A DNA stretch of 64,000 nt from Gammaproteobacteria bacterium (lineage in GTDB: Bacteria > Pseudomonadota > Gammaproteobacteria > JBCCGL01): the NCBI GenBank assembly GCA_965277715.1, contig OZ255836.1, forward strand, positions 2,464,001 to 2,528,000, given 5' to 3'. A program made the translations under genes and the position numbers. This document shows, piece after piece, positions 9,791-19,499 of this stretch (positions are counted from its first letter, which is position 1; each line of letters starts with the position of its first letter). The notes beneath the pieces were generated by a model, which did no database searches, was not told where the DNA came from, and saw nothing but the letters and a program-made list of their open reading frames with translations.

Positions 9791-10852
9791 ATGCCATTGA
9801 TCCAAAACAGCGATTTACCCAGCTTCCAGCGCCTGCGCGATAGCGGAGTCGAAATCCTCGAACCGATGCGCGCCGAGCAACAGGATATCCGCGAGCTGCA
9901 TATCGGCCTGCTAAACCTAATGCCAGATGCCGCCCTGGAAGCCACCGAGCGGCAATTCTTTCGGTTGGTGGGTTCCTGCAACCGCATTGCACAATTCCAT
10001 ATTCACCCCTTCACTGTTTCAGGTGTGGTGCGCGGCGAAAAGGCACAGGCGCATATCGACGCCTACTACCAAGACTTCACCGAAGTGCGCCGGGAAGGGC
10101 TGGATGCGTTGATTATTTCAGGGGCCAACCCGGCTAATGCAGACATCACCCGTGAAGGTTTCTGGGATCAATTGCTGGACGTGATCGACTGGGCCGGCCG
10201 CGATGTGTGCTCTACTTTTTACTCCTGCCTGGCCACACACGTCGCCCTCCAGCACTACCACAACCGCCCGCGTGTGCGCTTACCCCAAAAGCGCTGGGGC
10301 GTTTACTCGCACCGCGTCTGCGATGCCCGCCACCCGCTGGTCACCACAATCAACACACGATTCGATGCGCCCCACTCACACGTTTACGACAGTAGCTGCC
10401 AACAGGCGCGTGATGCCGGCTGGCACGTACTGGCTGAAGGGGAGGTCTCCGGTCTGTATCTGGCGGTGAGTGCCGACCGGTTTCGCCATGTGTATTGTCA
10501 GGGCCATCCAGAATATGACATCAATAGCCTGCTAAAAGAATACAAGCGCGAAATCAACCGCTATACCGGGGGGAGTCGTGACAAACCGCCGCTACCGGAA
10601 AACTATTTCCCACCCGCAGCACGTGAACAACTCGACTGTTTCTTACAGAACCTGGACACCGCGCTGGACAGGGGCACAGCAGCGCCCGCCTTTCCCGAAG
10701 CAGCGTTGTTGCCACTGCTGGATAACACCTGGAGCGACACTGGCCGGGCAATATTCAATAACTGGCTGGGGCTGGTTTACCAAATAACCCACCGCGACCG
10801 CCGAATCCCCTTTATGGCCGGTATTGATCACAACAACCCGCTCGGCCTATAA
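9791..10852 (+). CDS. metA: Homoserine O-acyltransferase, MetA family (probably succinyltransferase)
   Basis: QDIRELHIGLLNLMP, TERQF, catalytic Cys in YSCLATH, PHSH, QGHPEYD, FNNWL. Confidence 0.92.
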   Translation: MPLIQNSDLPSFQRLRDSGVEILEPMRAEQQDIRELHIGLLNLMPDAALEATERQFFRLVGSCNRIAQFHIHPFTVSGVVRGEKAQAHIDAYYQDFTEVRREGLDALIISGANPANADITREGFWDQLLDVIDWAGRDVCSTFYSCLATHVALQHYHNRPRVRLPQKRWGVYSHRVCDARHPLVTTINTRFDAPHSHVYDSSCQQARDAGWHVLAEGEVSGLYLAVSADRFRHVYCQGHPEYDINSLLKEYKREINRYTGGSRDKPPLPENYFPPAAREQLDCFLQNLDTALDRGTAAPAFPEAALLPLLDNTWSDTGRAIFNNWLGLVYQITHRDRRIPFMAGIDHNNPLGL

Positions 10853-10961
10853 CACTGTTTTCCCTCTATGGCTGAACTTTTAGTCGACAGCCTTATCTAC
10901 CCGTATCGGTAGCCTATGTTACGCAGTTGTAAACGCTTAATAGAATGAACACCCGATATTT

Positions 10962-11444
10962 ATGAAGACCCGGCGCTTCCCCCTTTACCTTGCGACCCTA
11001 TGTACTTTGCTGTTGTGCATAAACAATCTGGTGGTGGCCAATACAACCCGCGATTTTGGTCTGTATGTCGTTCACTGCAATGTGATTCCCGCCAGTGCTC
11101 TCGATAGTGACGTGGCGACACAATTTAATATCGCCCGATCAGCACAGCGCGGCGTACTGACACTCGCCATTATGGAAAAAGCCCGTACCGACGCCGACGG
11201 CAATACCTTGGATCACTCGCTGGGCCGTTCGGTACAAGGGCAGATAACCGCACACTGGAGTGGTTTAAACGGCAAAATGGGGACGATTCCCGTTCGTGAG
11301 GTTCGCGAGCAAAGTGCCATTTACTATATTGGTGAATTCGACCTGCCCAGCACCGCGATAATGACATTTGACATTCTGGTTAGCGTCGACGCAAACCGCC
11401 CGCCCTACCGTTTCAGTTTCAACCGGAAATTTAACCCGGACTAA
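10962..11444 (+). CDS. DUF4426-like exported protein
   Basis: Signal peptide; YVVHCN..L..VA..FNI.RS, REVREQSAIYYIGEF. Confidence 0.75.
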   Translation: MKTRRFPLYLATLCTLLLCINNLVVANTTRDFGLYVVHCNVIPASALDSDVATQFNIARSAQRGVLTLAIMEKARTDADGNTLDHSLGRSVQGQITAHWSGLNGKMGTIPVREVREQSAIYYIGEFDLPSTAIMTFDILVSVDANRPPYRFSFNRKFNPD

Positions 11445-11488
11445 ACCCCATTTATTTACCTGTGTGCAAGTAAATACATGGGGCTTAG
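11441..11488. repeat. 48-bp palindromic mini-element, copy 1 (may also act as a terminator)
   Basis: CTAAACCCCATTTATTTACCTG-TGTG-CAAGTAAATACATGGGGCTTAG; second copy at 36846-36893. Confidence 0.7.
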
Positions 11489-11657
11489 CTCATTGAATCA
11501 TAACGGAAATAGACAAAAACACTAAGTAATCCACACCGTGTGTCACTGAAACGCACAAACCTTCTACACTTGTGTTATCTTCCGCCCGCGCCGGGATTCT
11601 ATCGGATTTAGACATGCCTGGTGCAAATCATCAATAACCGAAAACCTGGAGTATTTA

Positions 11658-12002
11658 ATGGCTGCAAAGAAACCGGCCCCAAAAGCCGCTGCTGATGTCA
11701 AAAAACCGCCGACAAAATCGGAAATCCTCAACCATATTGCCAGTGAAGCGGAGTTAAGCCGTAAAGAAGTATCAGCGGTGCTCGATTCACTCAGCGGGCT
11801 GATAGCGAAAAACCTCAAACCACGTGCTGCCGGTTATTTCACCATGCCCGGCCTGTTGAAAATCAAAGTGGTCAAGAAACCTGCCACCAAAGCGCGCAAA
11901 GGTATCAACCCCTTCAACGGCGAGGAAACCGTATTCAAAGCCAAGCCAGCACACAAAGTGGTAAAAGTGTTACCGCTCAAAGGGCTAAAAGACATGGTGT
12001 GA
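11658..12002 (+). CDS. HU/IHF-family histone-like DNA-binding protein
   Basis: Lys/Ala/Pro-rich N-tail, TKSEILNHIA, ARKGINPFNGE, KPAHKVVKV. Confidence 0.9.
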   Translation: MAAKKPAPKAAADVKKPPTKSEILNHIASEAELSRKEVSAVLDSLSGLIAKNLKPRAAGYFTMPGLLKIKVVKKPATKARKGINPFNGEETVFKAKPAHKVVKVLPLKGLKDMV

Positions 12003-12077
12003 GCATCACCCCATCGATGCAGCGGGCGGCACAGCGCACGACTGGCCGCTCTTTACCATTGTTGGCAATACACAGTA

Positions 12078-12542
12078 TCAGTTCATTGCACGTAGTTTGG
12101 CCTGGATAAACTCCTGATGCGACAAGTAAATCAACTCCGCTATTTTGCGCAGAACATAATCCTCGTATTTATCGATTTGATCATCGGCCAGAGCCACACA
12201 CCACAACTGCTGCATTAGGCGGCGCTTCTGCTCAGGCGTGTAATTGTCGTGAATCAAACGGGTAAACCCGTGCAGTGAAGTCGACTCGGTGCTCTCACGT
12301 TTGGCGAGTTGAATCAACGCATCGATAGCCGTATCGGCAATCTGCAGATTTTCCCGCAGCAATACGGCGATGCGCGCCTGCTCGCTGTCGCTAAAGTCAA
12401 AATCGGCACGGCCCACTTCGATCAGCAGAGCGGCGGCGGCAATATTAATGGCTTGTTGCGCCGCTGCACTGCCATCGCCATCGGCTGGCTGTGGCTGGAT
12501 ATGATCGGAAAAAAATTGTTTGACGGCACTCAACACGCGCAT
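12078..12542 (-). CDS. TerB-family (tellurite resistance B-like) protein
   Basis: AAAALLIEVGRAD, SLHGFTRLI, LWCVALADDQIDKYE, RKIAELIY. Confidence 0.85.
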   Translation of the reverse strand: MRVLSAVKQFFSDHIQPQPADGDGSAAAQQAINIAAAALLIEVGRADFDFSDSEQARIAVLLRENLQIADTAIDALIQLAKRESTESTSLHGFTRLIHDNYTPEQKRRLMQQLWCVALADDQIDKYEDYVLRKIAELIYLSHQEFIQAKLRAMN

Positions 12543-12672
12543 TCTCTCAATAGGTAAGTTATATTCAAACGATTAGAGTCTACACAGAAAACACTCCCTG
12601 TGATAATGGCATGGATTTTGTTGCTTTCTTGTAACACGTTTTATATAAACAGGGCTGCAAAATCAGTGTTTA

Positions 12673-12702
12673 CTAGGAGTCTATCGGGTTTAGGCGCTCG
12701 TA
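12673..12702. mobile_element. Isolated MITE/IS end fragment
   Basis: CTAGGAGTCTATCGGGTTTAGGCGCTCGTA resembles CTAG-flanked MITE termini as I recall them; no partner end seen. Confidence 0.35.
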
Positions 12703-12827
12703 AAGATTATCAATATTCTGGGTAAAGTAGCCGATGCGCTTAATGATCAAACCACTGGATCCACTTTTTGGGAAAACTGCTACTATCCACCCGTGCTGCA
12801 AACAGTAACGGATTAACCACTTACACC

Positions 12828-13697
12828 ATGCCAATAACCCTACCCATTATCAGTAAACTCAGTACCCCGATAAACATCCTTATGGCGCTGCTGATCGGTT
12901 ATGTATTGGCGCAACTGACCCTCGACCTGTTGCCACGCCCCCCACAAAATACCCTGGGCGAGCGCACAACACCCAATCAACAAATTGCCCGCGTTTCATT
13001 ACAGGGAGTCGCAGAAAAAATTTCCAACGCGCATTTGTTTGGCCGCGTCGGTAGCGCGCCGGTCGTCAAGGCGGCACCCGTTCAGCAGACAGTACCGGAT
13101 ACCAAGCTCAACCTTACCCTTAATGGTGTACTGGCCTACAACCCGGCACAAAAGGCGATGGCGGTAATCAGCTCAAACGGCAGACAGGAAGAGGTGTATG
13201 CGATTGGCGATAAGATCGTCGGCAACACCACGCTACAGGCGGTGTACCCGGACCGGGTCATTATCCGTCGCTCGGGTAAAGATGAAACCCTGCGCCTACC
13301 GGATAAAAGCGCAGCGCTCGGCGTTATCAATACGCAAGTACCGGAAACCAACATTAACCAAAGTGGCAGTGACCTCGACAACTTACCCCGCTCAGCAAAA
13401 GCGTTGCGCGAGCGATTATTGAAAGAACCGACGATGCTGACTGACTTGATCAGCCTACGCAAATACAAGCGCAATGGTGAGCAACTCGGCTTTCGCATTC
13501 AGCCAAAACGCAGCCCGGAACTGCTGAACAGCTTTGGTATTCAGCCAGGTGACGTGATTACATCCGTCAATGGCATCGCGCTGAACAACGACCGCCAGGG
13601 GTTTATAGCATTGGGTAGACTTCGCCAGGCCAAAAGTGTCGATTTGATTGTTCTACGCGGCGGAGCGGAAATCCCTATTTCGGTATCGCTGGAGTAG
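12828..13697 (+). CDS. gspC: Type II secretion system protein C with PDZ domain
   Basis: N-terminal TM, HLFG, PDTKLNLTLNGV, YAIGDKI, VYPDRVII, PDZ GIQPGDVITSVNG; upstream of gspD. Confidence 0.9.
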   Translation: MPITLPIISKLSTPINILMALLIGYVLAQLTLDLLPRPPQNTLGERTTPNQQIARVSLQGVAEKISNAHLFGRVGSAPVVKAAPVQQTVPDTKLNLTLNGVLAYNPAQKAMAVISSNGRQEEVYAIGDKIVGNTTLQAVYPDRVIIRRSGKDETLRLPDKSAALGVINTQVPETNINQSGSDLDNLPRSAKALRERLLKEPTMLTDLISLRKYKRNGEQLGFRIQPKRSPELLNSFGIQPGDVITSVNGIALNNDRQGFIALGRLRQAKSVDLIVLRGGAEIPISVSLE

Positions 13698-13780
13698 TGA
13701 GTGAATACTGTGCAAACTAACGTAATTGGGCCTGCGTTTAAATCAAGGCTAACAATACAAGCTAAGCTGTGGAATGATAA

Positions 13781-16720
13781 ATGATTTTTAGCCACGGTCA
13801 CCCCTGTGATCACTACCCAGACAACAGGAATTATCGACTCTTGACTTCGCACGCCTGGCAATCGACGTTGCTGACACTGGTGCTATTGTATAGCACAGCC
13901 TTTAGTGCCGCTTTTGCACAAGAAGGCGAGTTTACCCTCAACTTGAAAAATACCGACATTCACTCGCTGATTGGCACAGTCTCCAAACAGACTGGGCGCA
14001 ATTTTGTGGTCGACCCACGCGTCAAAGCGAAAGTAACGGTTATTTCTTCACAGGCGATGAACAGCGATGAGCTTTATGAAGTGTTTTTGTCGGTATTGCA
14101 GGTGCATGGATTCTCCGCAGTACCCACAGGTGATGTGATAAAGATTGTACCGGATGTCACCGCCAAACAAGGGCCAGTCCCCAACTTGGGTATCGGTGAT
14201 GGGCGCGACCAACTGGTTACCCATGTTATCCGTGTTGAAAACGTCCCCGCCGCCCAGTTAGTACCCATTCTGCGGCCACTGGTGCCACAACAGGGCCATT
14301 TGGCTGCCTACGCCTCAACCAACTCCCTGATCATCACCGACCGGGCGGCCAATATCACCCGTCTGATAGGCATCATCGAGCGCATTGACCGCCCCGACAA
14401 TGAAGAAATTGAATTTATAAAATTATTTCACGCCTCGGCAACCGAGGTAGTACGTATTCTCAACGTGCTACAAAAGCCAGGTGTTGGCGGGCAGGGCGGT
14501 GCGACAGCCGGCGCAATACGGCTGGCGGCAGACGAGCGCACCAACAGCATCCTGATCAGCGGTGATCGCGCCTCCCGGTTGCGGTTGCGTGGATTGATCG
14601 CCAACCTGGATACACCGCTGGAATCAGGCGGTAATACCAAAGTTGTGTACCTCAAATATGCCAATGCAGCCGACATGGTGGCAATTCTGGTCGGCGTTTC
14701 AGCCGGGCAGGCCAAAGTGGGGGCAACAACATTGACCGGTGGTGGCACCAATGCGGCGGCAGCCACTGGCGCTGTTGCCGCAGCGACGGCTACAACAACG
14801 GCCCGGCGCAGTGGTACACCCGGCGCCAGCTCGGTCGACATTCAATCGGATGAACACACTAACGCATTGATTATCACTGCATCACCAGACGAAATGCGCA
14901 ATATCCTCGCGGTCGTGCGCCAACTCGACATACGCCGTGCCCAGGTGTTGGTTGAGGCGATTATTGCAGAAATATCGGATGACAAAACGCGGTCATTGGG
15001 AGTCAGCTTTGCCGCCGATGGCCGCAGCGGCAACAGCCCGGTCGGCGTCAGTAACTTAGGTGGCGCCAGTGCCGAGGCGGTAGCATTGCGGGCAGGTACG
15101 GCTATAGGGTCAGGCCTATCGTTGGCGCTTGGCAATTTTGATGGCGGTGGGTTCGATTTTGGGTTTTTAATTCGTGCGATATCTTCTGATGCGGCAAATA
15201 ACATTCTCTCCACCCCCAGCCTGGTAACCCTGGACAACGAAGAGGCGGAGATTGTCGTCGGTCAAAATGTACCATTTGTTACCGGGCAAACCTCATCGGC
15301 TAATAACGACAACCCTTTCCAGACGATTGAGCGGCGGGATATCGGTATCACCTTAAAGGTAAAGCCACAGATTAATGAAGGTTATTCGATAAAAATGGAA
15401 ATCGAACAGGAAGTATCCAGTATCGGTAGTACATCGCAGTCAACGGCAGATATTGTTACCAATACGCGCTCAATTAAAACCACCGTACTGGTCGAGGATG
15501 GGCAAACACTGGTGCTGGGGGGACTGATCGACGACACCCTGCGAGACACACAGGAGAAAGTGCCACTACTGGGTGATATTCCTTTTATCGGTCGCCTGTT
15601 TCAATTCCGCAATACGGTTAAAACCAAACAAAATCTAATGGTTTTTTTACACCCCACAATCCTGCATGACCGGGGTACGGCTGACTACTATAGCGGTGAA
15701 AAATACGGTTACCTGCGCTCTCAGCAATTGGTCGCAGACGAAAAGGGCATTGGTTTATTGGAAGGCGCAAACCCTATATTACCGGAAATCGAGGTATTTT
15801 TTCAGGGGCGCGTACCTCCACCGGCATTATCGCCACAACCCGACAATACAACCACAACACCCACCGCACAGGCATTGCCGCTGACCGATGTTCAGGTAGA
15901 GCCCGCAAAGATCATACCCATACTAAAGCCAGTGCAAGACTTCACCTCCACCAAAATTGAACCAGAACCGGAGGTAGAGGCAGAAGTAGAACCAGAGGCA
16001 CAGGTAAAGACAGAGACAGAAATAGAAATAGAAATAGAACCAGAAGTACAGGTAAAGGCAGAAGCGGAAATAGAAATAGAACCAGAAGTACAGGTAAAGA
16101 CTGAGGCGGAAATAGAAATAGAACCAGAGGCACAGGTAAAAGCAGAGGCGGAAATAGAAATAGAACCAGAGGCACAGGTAAAAGCAGAGGCGGAAATAGA
16201 AATAGAGGCACAGGTAAAAGCAGAGGCGGAAATAGAAATAGAACCAGAAGTACAGATAAAGGCAGAGACAGAAATAGAAATAGAACCAGAGGTACAGGTA
16301 GAGGCAGAGACAGAAATAGAGCCAAAGGCAGGATTAATAACACCAGACCAGGCATTACAATCCCCAGCGAACAACAAAGCCACAATAAGCAATTTACGGG
16401 TTGGTATTAGCCCGGCGTTTACCCGTGTAGTAATGGATATGGATGACGATGCCGCTGGCCGTGTGGAGCGTGTGTTTAACACGGATGGCTCGGTTTCAAT
16501 CACCCTGAACGACACGCAATTTAGCACCGGCTTTGTCGCCCCGAACAACCCTATCGAAAAAATCAAACAAATGGTGCTCGACCAAAGAAATAACGACGTT
16601 TACATTCATGTAGTGCCGTACACGGCATCAGTATTTACCTACCAGACGCTGCCGCAGAACAGCGCAGGACACTACCGCTTTCTCATCGATGTAAAACCTG
16701 ATACCCACCAGGACAGTTAA
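13781..16720 (+). CDS. gspD: Type II secretion secretin with C-terminal acidic repeat linker and AMIN-like domain
   Basis: N0-N3 domains (TGRNFVVDPRVKAKVTV), LDIRRAQVLVEAII, secretin core VGQNVPF, KVPLLGDIPFIGRLF; long C-terminal extension. Confidence 0.93.
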   Translation: MIFSHGHPCDHYPDNRNYRLLTSHAWQSTLLTLVLLYSTAFSAAFAQEGEFTLNLKNTDIHSLIGTVSKQTGRNFVVDPRVKAKVTVISSQAMNSDELYEVFLSVLQVHGFSAVPTGDVIKIVPDVTAKQGPVPNLGIGDGRDQLVTHVIRVENVPAAQLVPILRPLVPQQGHLAAYASTNSLIITDRAANITRLIGIIERIDRPDNEEIEFIKLFHASATEVVRILNVLQKPGVGGQGGATAGAIRLAADERTNSILISGDRASRLRLRGLIANLDTPLESGGNTKVVYLKYANAADMVAILVGVSAGQAKVGATTLTGGGTNAAAATGAVAAATATTTARRSGTPGASSVDIQSDEHTNALIITASPDEMRNILAVVRQLDIRRAQVLVEAIIAEISDDKTRSLGVSFAADGRSGNSPVGVSNLGGASAEAVALRAGTAIGSGLSLALGNFDGGGFDFGFLIRAISSDAANNILSTPSLVTLDNEEAEIVVGQNVPFVTGQTSSANNDNPFQTIERRDIGITLKVKPQINEGYSIKMEIEQEVSSIGSTSQSTADIVTNTRSIKTTVLVEDGQTLVLGGLIDDTLRDTQEKVPLLGDIPFIGRLFQFRNTVKTKQNLMVFLHPTILHDRGTADYYSGEKYGYLRSQQLVADEKGIGLLEGANPILPEIEVFFQGRVPPPALSPQPDNTTTTPTAQALPLTDVQVEPAKIIPILKPVQDFTSTKIEPEPEVEAEVEPEAQVKTETEIEIEIEPEVQVKAEAEIEIEPEVQVKTEAEIEIEPEAQVKAEAEIEIEPEAQVKAEAEIEIEAQVKAEAEIEIEPEVQIKAETEIEIEPEVQVEAETEIEPKAGLITPDQALQSPANNKATISNLRVGISPAFTRVVMDMDDDAAGRVERVFNTDGSVSITLNDTQFSTGFVAPNNPIEKIKQMVLDQRNNDVYIHVVPYTASVFTYQTLPQNSAGHYRFLIDVKPDTHQDS
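15959..16324 (+). repeat. In-frame tandem repeat in gspD, about 8 units of ~42 bp (EPEVQVKAEAEIEI) with embedded (GAAATA)n
   Basis: Directly visible purine-rich repeat; units differ by 6-bp indels. Confidence 0.95.
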
Positions 16721-16724
16721 GCAA

Positions 16725-18254
16725 ATGGATGCCAGTACAAGCAGTGAAGGTATCGACCAAGCACCGACCCCCACACGCAGTCGTAGCCTGCCCTATGGGT
16801 TTGCCAAACGCCACGGGGTGCTGGTTGAGGAAAATGCCGAAAACCATATTCGCCTGGTGCACCGCGCCGATGTAACCAGCGTGGCACTGCTGGAGGCGAG
16901 GCGTGCACTGGGTAAACCACTGCAACTCAAAGAAGTCCCCAGTGACACTTTCAATGCATTGCTAACCCGCCGCTACGAGAGCGATTCAGGCCAGGCGATG
17001 GACATCATGGATGACCTGGGTGAAGAGCTCGACCTCAATCGCCTGGCGGAATCGATGCCTGAGCCAGAGGACTTAATGGAGTCTGAAGACGATGCACCGG
17101 TTATCCGCTTAATCAATGCCATGCTCACCGAGGCAACGCGCAAAAATGCCTCGGATATCCATATCGAACCCTTCGAGAAACGCCTCAATATCCGCTTTCG
17201 CGTCGACGGTGTGATGCGCGAGCTGTTAGAACCGCCACGGGCTATCGCACCCTTGATTATCTCGCGTATCAAAGTCATGGCAAAGCTGGACATCGCCGAA
17301 AAACGACTGCCCCAGGACGGGCGTATATCGTTGCGGGTGGCGGGTCGTCCCGTCGATGTGCGCGTCTCGACCCTGCCCTCTGGCCACGGCGAGCGCGTAG
17401 TGCTGCGCTTGCTGGACAAACAGGCCGGAAGGCTCAACCTCGAACACCTCGGCATGGCCAACGAGACACGCGAGCATCTCGACAGTATCCTGAAAATGCC
17501 GCACGGCATTATGCTGGTAACCGGCCCCACCGGCTCGGGAAAAACCACCTCGCTCTACGCCGCGATTACCCAGCTAAACAACAGCCGCAGCACGATTCTA
17601 ACGGTCGAAGACCCCATCGAATACTATTTGGATGGCATTGGCCAAACCCAGGTCAATACCAAAGTTGAGCTGGATTTTGCCCGTGGTCTACGCGCTATCC
17701 TGCGCCAGGACCCGGACGTGGTAATGGTCGGTGAAATCCGTGACCTGGAAACCGCAGAGATCGCCGTACAGGCAAGCTTAACAGGCCATTTAGTCCTGTC
17801 CACACTGCACACCAACAGCGCTGTCGGGGCGGTTACCCGCCTGCGCGATATGGGCGTCGAGCCTTTTCTGCTGTCGTCCAGCCTGGTTGGGCTAGTCGCG
17901 CAGCGGTTGGTGCGCATACTCTGCCCACAGTGCAAACAAGCACATACACCGAGCGCCAAAGAGTACGAAACACTGGGTGTCGACCCCACCACATTAGATG
18001 CCCCAGCGGATATTTACACCCCCAAGGGCTGTGAACAGTGTAACTACTCGGGTTACGCGGGGCGTAGCGGTATTTATGAAGTCGTGCCAATCAACGAGCA
18101 GTTGCGCACGATGATCCACGATGGTGCCAGTGAATCTGAGCTGGAACAACAGGCGCGCAGCTACACACTGGGCATCAATGATGATGCGCGCCGCCGGGTT
18201 TTACTGGGTGAAACCTCGCTGGAAGAAGTGTTGCGCGTCACCCGCGAAGCCTGA
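16725..18254 (+). CDS. gspE: Type II secretion ATPase
   Basis: ASDIHIEP, GPTGSGKTT, LRQDPDVVMVGEIRD, STLHTN, CxxC...CxxC. Confidence 0.97.
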   Translation: MDASTSSEGIDQAPTPTRSRSLPYGFAKRHGVLVEENAENHIRLVHRADVTSVALLEARRALGKPLQLKEVPSDTFNALLTRRYESDSGQAMDIMDDLGEELDLNRLAESMPEPEDLMESEDDAPVIRLINAMLTEATRKNASDIHIEPFEKRLNIRFRVDGVMRELLEPPRAIAPLIISRIKVMAKLDIAEKRLPQDGRISLRVAGRPVDVRVSTLPSGHGERVVLRLLDKQAGRLNLEHLGMANETREHLDSILKMPHGIMLVTGPTGSGKTTSLYAAITQLNNSRSTILTVEDPIEYYLDGIGQTQVNTKVELDFARGLRAILRQDPDVVMVGEIRDLETAEIAVQASLTGHLVLSTLHTNSAVGAVTRLRDMGVEPFLLSSSLVGLVAQRLVRILCPQCKQAHTPSAKEYETLGVDPTTLDAPADIYTPKGCEQCNYSGYAGRSGIYEVVPINEQLRTMIHDGASESELEQQARSYTLGINDDARRRVLLGETSLEEVLRVTREA

Positions 18255-18256
18255 CT

Positions 18257-19471
18257 ATGCCAGCCTTTGAATACACCGCACTGGATGCGGCGGGAAAAGA
18301 ACAAAAAGGCGTCCTGGAAGGCGATACCGCACGGCAGATTCGCCAACAACTGCGGGACCGCAAACTCAGCCCACTCAGTGTTACCGAAGGCAGCAGCAAA
18401 TCCTCACAGACCCGCACCGGAAGCAGCTTTCGCGGCGGCATCAGCACAACCGATCTGGCATTGATCACCCGGCAGCTCGCCACCTTGTCCTCGTCCGGCA
18501 CACCGGTCGAAGAGGCACTCGCTGCGGTCAGTCGACAAACTGAAAAACAACGCATCAAAACCCTGCTGTTATCGGTGCGTGGCAAAATCCTCGAAGGTCA
18601 CTCGCTGGCAGTCAGTCTCGGCGAGTTTCCAAAGGTATTTCCGGAAATTTTTCGCGCCACCGTTGCGGCGGGTGAACAGTCCGGCCATCTCGACGGCGTA
18701 CTGGAGCGTCTCGCAGACTACACCGAAGACCGTCAATCAACACGCGCCACTATCACCAAAGCCCTGCTCTACCCGGCGGCACTGGTATTTGCCTCCATTG
18801 CCATCGTCGGCCTGCTACTGGCCTATGTTGTCCCCAAGGTAGTCACTGTATTCGATAGCCTGGACCAGACGCTACCGTTACTGACCCGCATACTGATCCA
18901 GACCAGTGACCTGGTGCGCGAATGGGGTTTTGTATTTGTCATTGCACTCGTCGTAGGTATTTACCTGTTTCAGCGGGCGATGCAAAACGATGAAGTGAAA
19001 TACCGTGTGCACACATTCCTGCTGCGACTCCCTATTATCAAACGCCTGATTCGCGGTTTTAACAGTGCCCAGTTTGCCCGCACCCTGAGTATTTTGGCCT
19101 CCAGCGGCGTGCCCGTACTGGAAGCACTGGGCATCGCCTCCGATGTACTCACCAGCAGGCCGATGCGCGCCGCCGTGCAAAATGCCGCCGTCAAAGTGCG
19201 CGAGGGGGCCAGCCTGAGCGGCTCACTGGAGAAAACCGGCTATTTTCCACCGATGATGTTACACCTGATTGCCAGTGGTGAATCGTCGGGTCGGCTTGGG
19301 CATATGCTCGATAAGGCTGCCTCCCACCAGGAGCGCGAACTCAATACCCATATCGCCATCTTTCTCGGCTTGTTTGAGCCGGCCATTGTCCTAGTCATGG
19401 GGGGCATCGTGCTATTTATCGTACTGGCGATATTGCTGCCCATTTTTGAATTAAACCAACTGGTCAACTGA
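18257..19471 (+). CDS. gspF: Type II secretion inner-membrane platform protein
   Basis: MPAFEYTALD, TRQLATL, AGEQSGHLD, SGESSGRL, LFEPAIV. Confidence 0.96.
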   Translation: MPAFEYTALDAAGKEQKGVLEGDTARQIRQQLRDRKLSPLSVTEGSSKSSQTRTGSSFRGGISTTDLALITRQLATLSSSGTPVEEALAAVSRQTEKQRIKTLLLSVRGKILEGHSLAVSLGEFPKVFPEIFRATVAAGEQSGHLDGVLERLADYTEDRQSTRATITKALLYPAALVFASIAIVGLLLAYVVPKVVTVFDSLDQTLPLLTRILIQTSDLVREWGFVFVIALVVGIYLFQRAMQNDEVKYRVHTFLLRLPIIKRLIRGFNSAQFARTLSILASSGVPVLEALGIASDVLTSRPMRAAVQNAAVKVREGASLSGSLEKTGYFPPMMLHLIASGESSGRLGHMLDKAASHQERELNTHIAIFLGLFEPAIVLVMGGIVLFIVLAILLPIFELNQLVN

Positions 19472-19499
19472 CCATCACCGGGCGATAAAAACCACCGGT

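Noticed and set aside
15959-16324. Repeat array considered as a CRISPR
   Set aside because: Contiguous in-frame coding repeats with no unique spacers and no cas genes.
15892-16566. Long minus-strand ORFs with SISISASAFTC and LFLFPPLLLPV repeats
   Set aside because: Shadow frames of the gspD purine-rich repeat, which lacks stop codons on the opposite strand.
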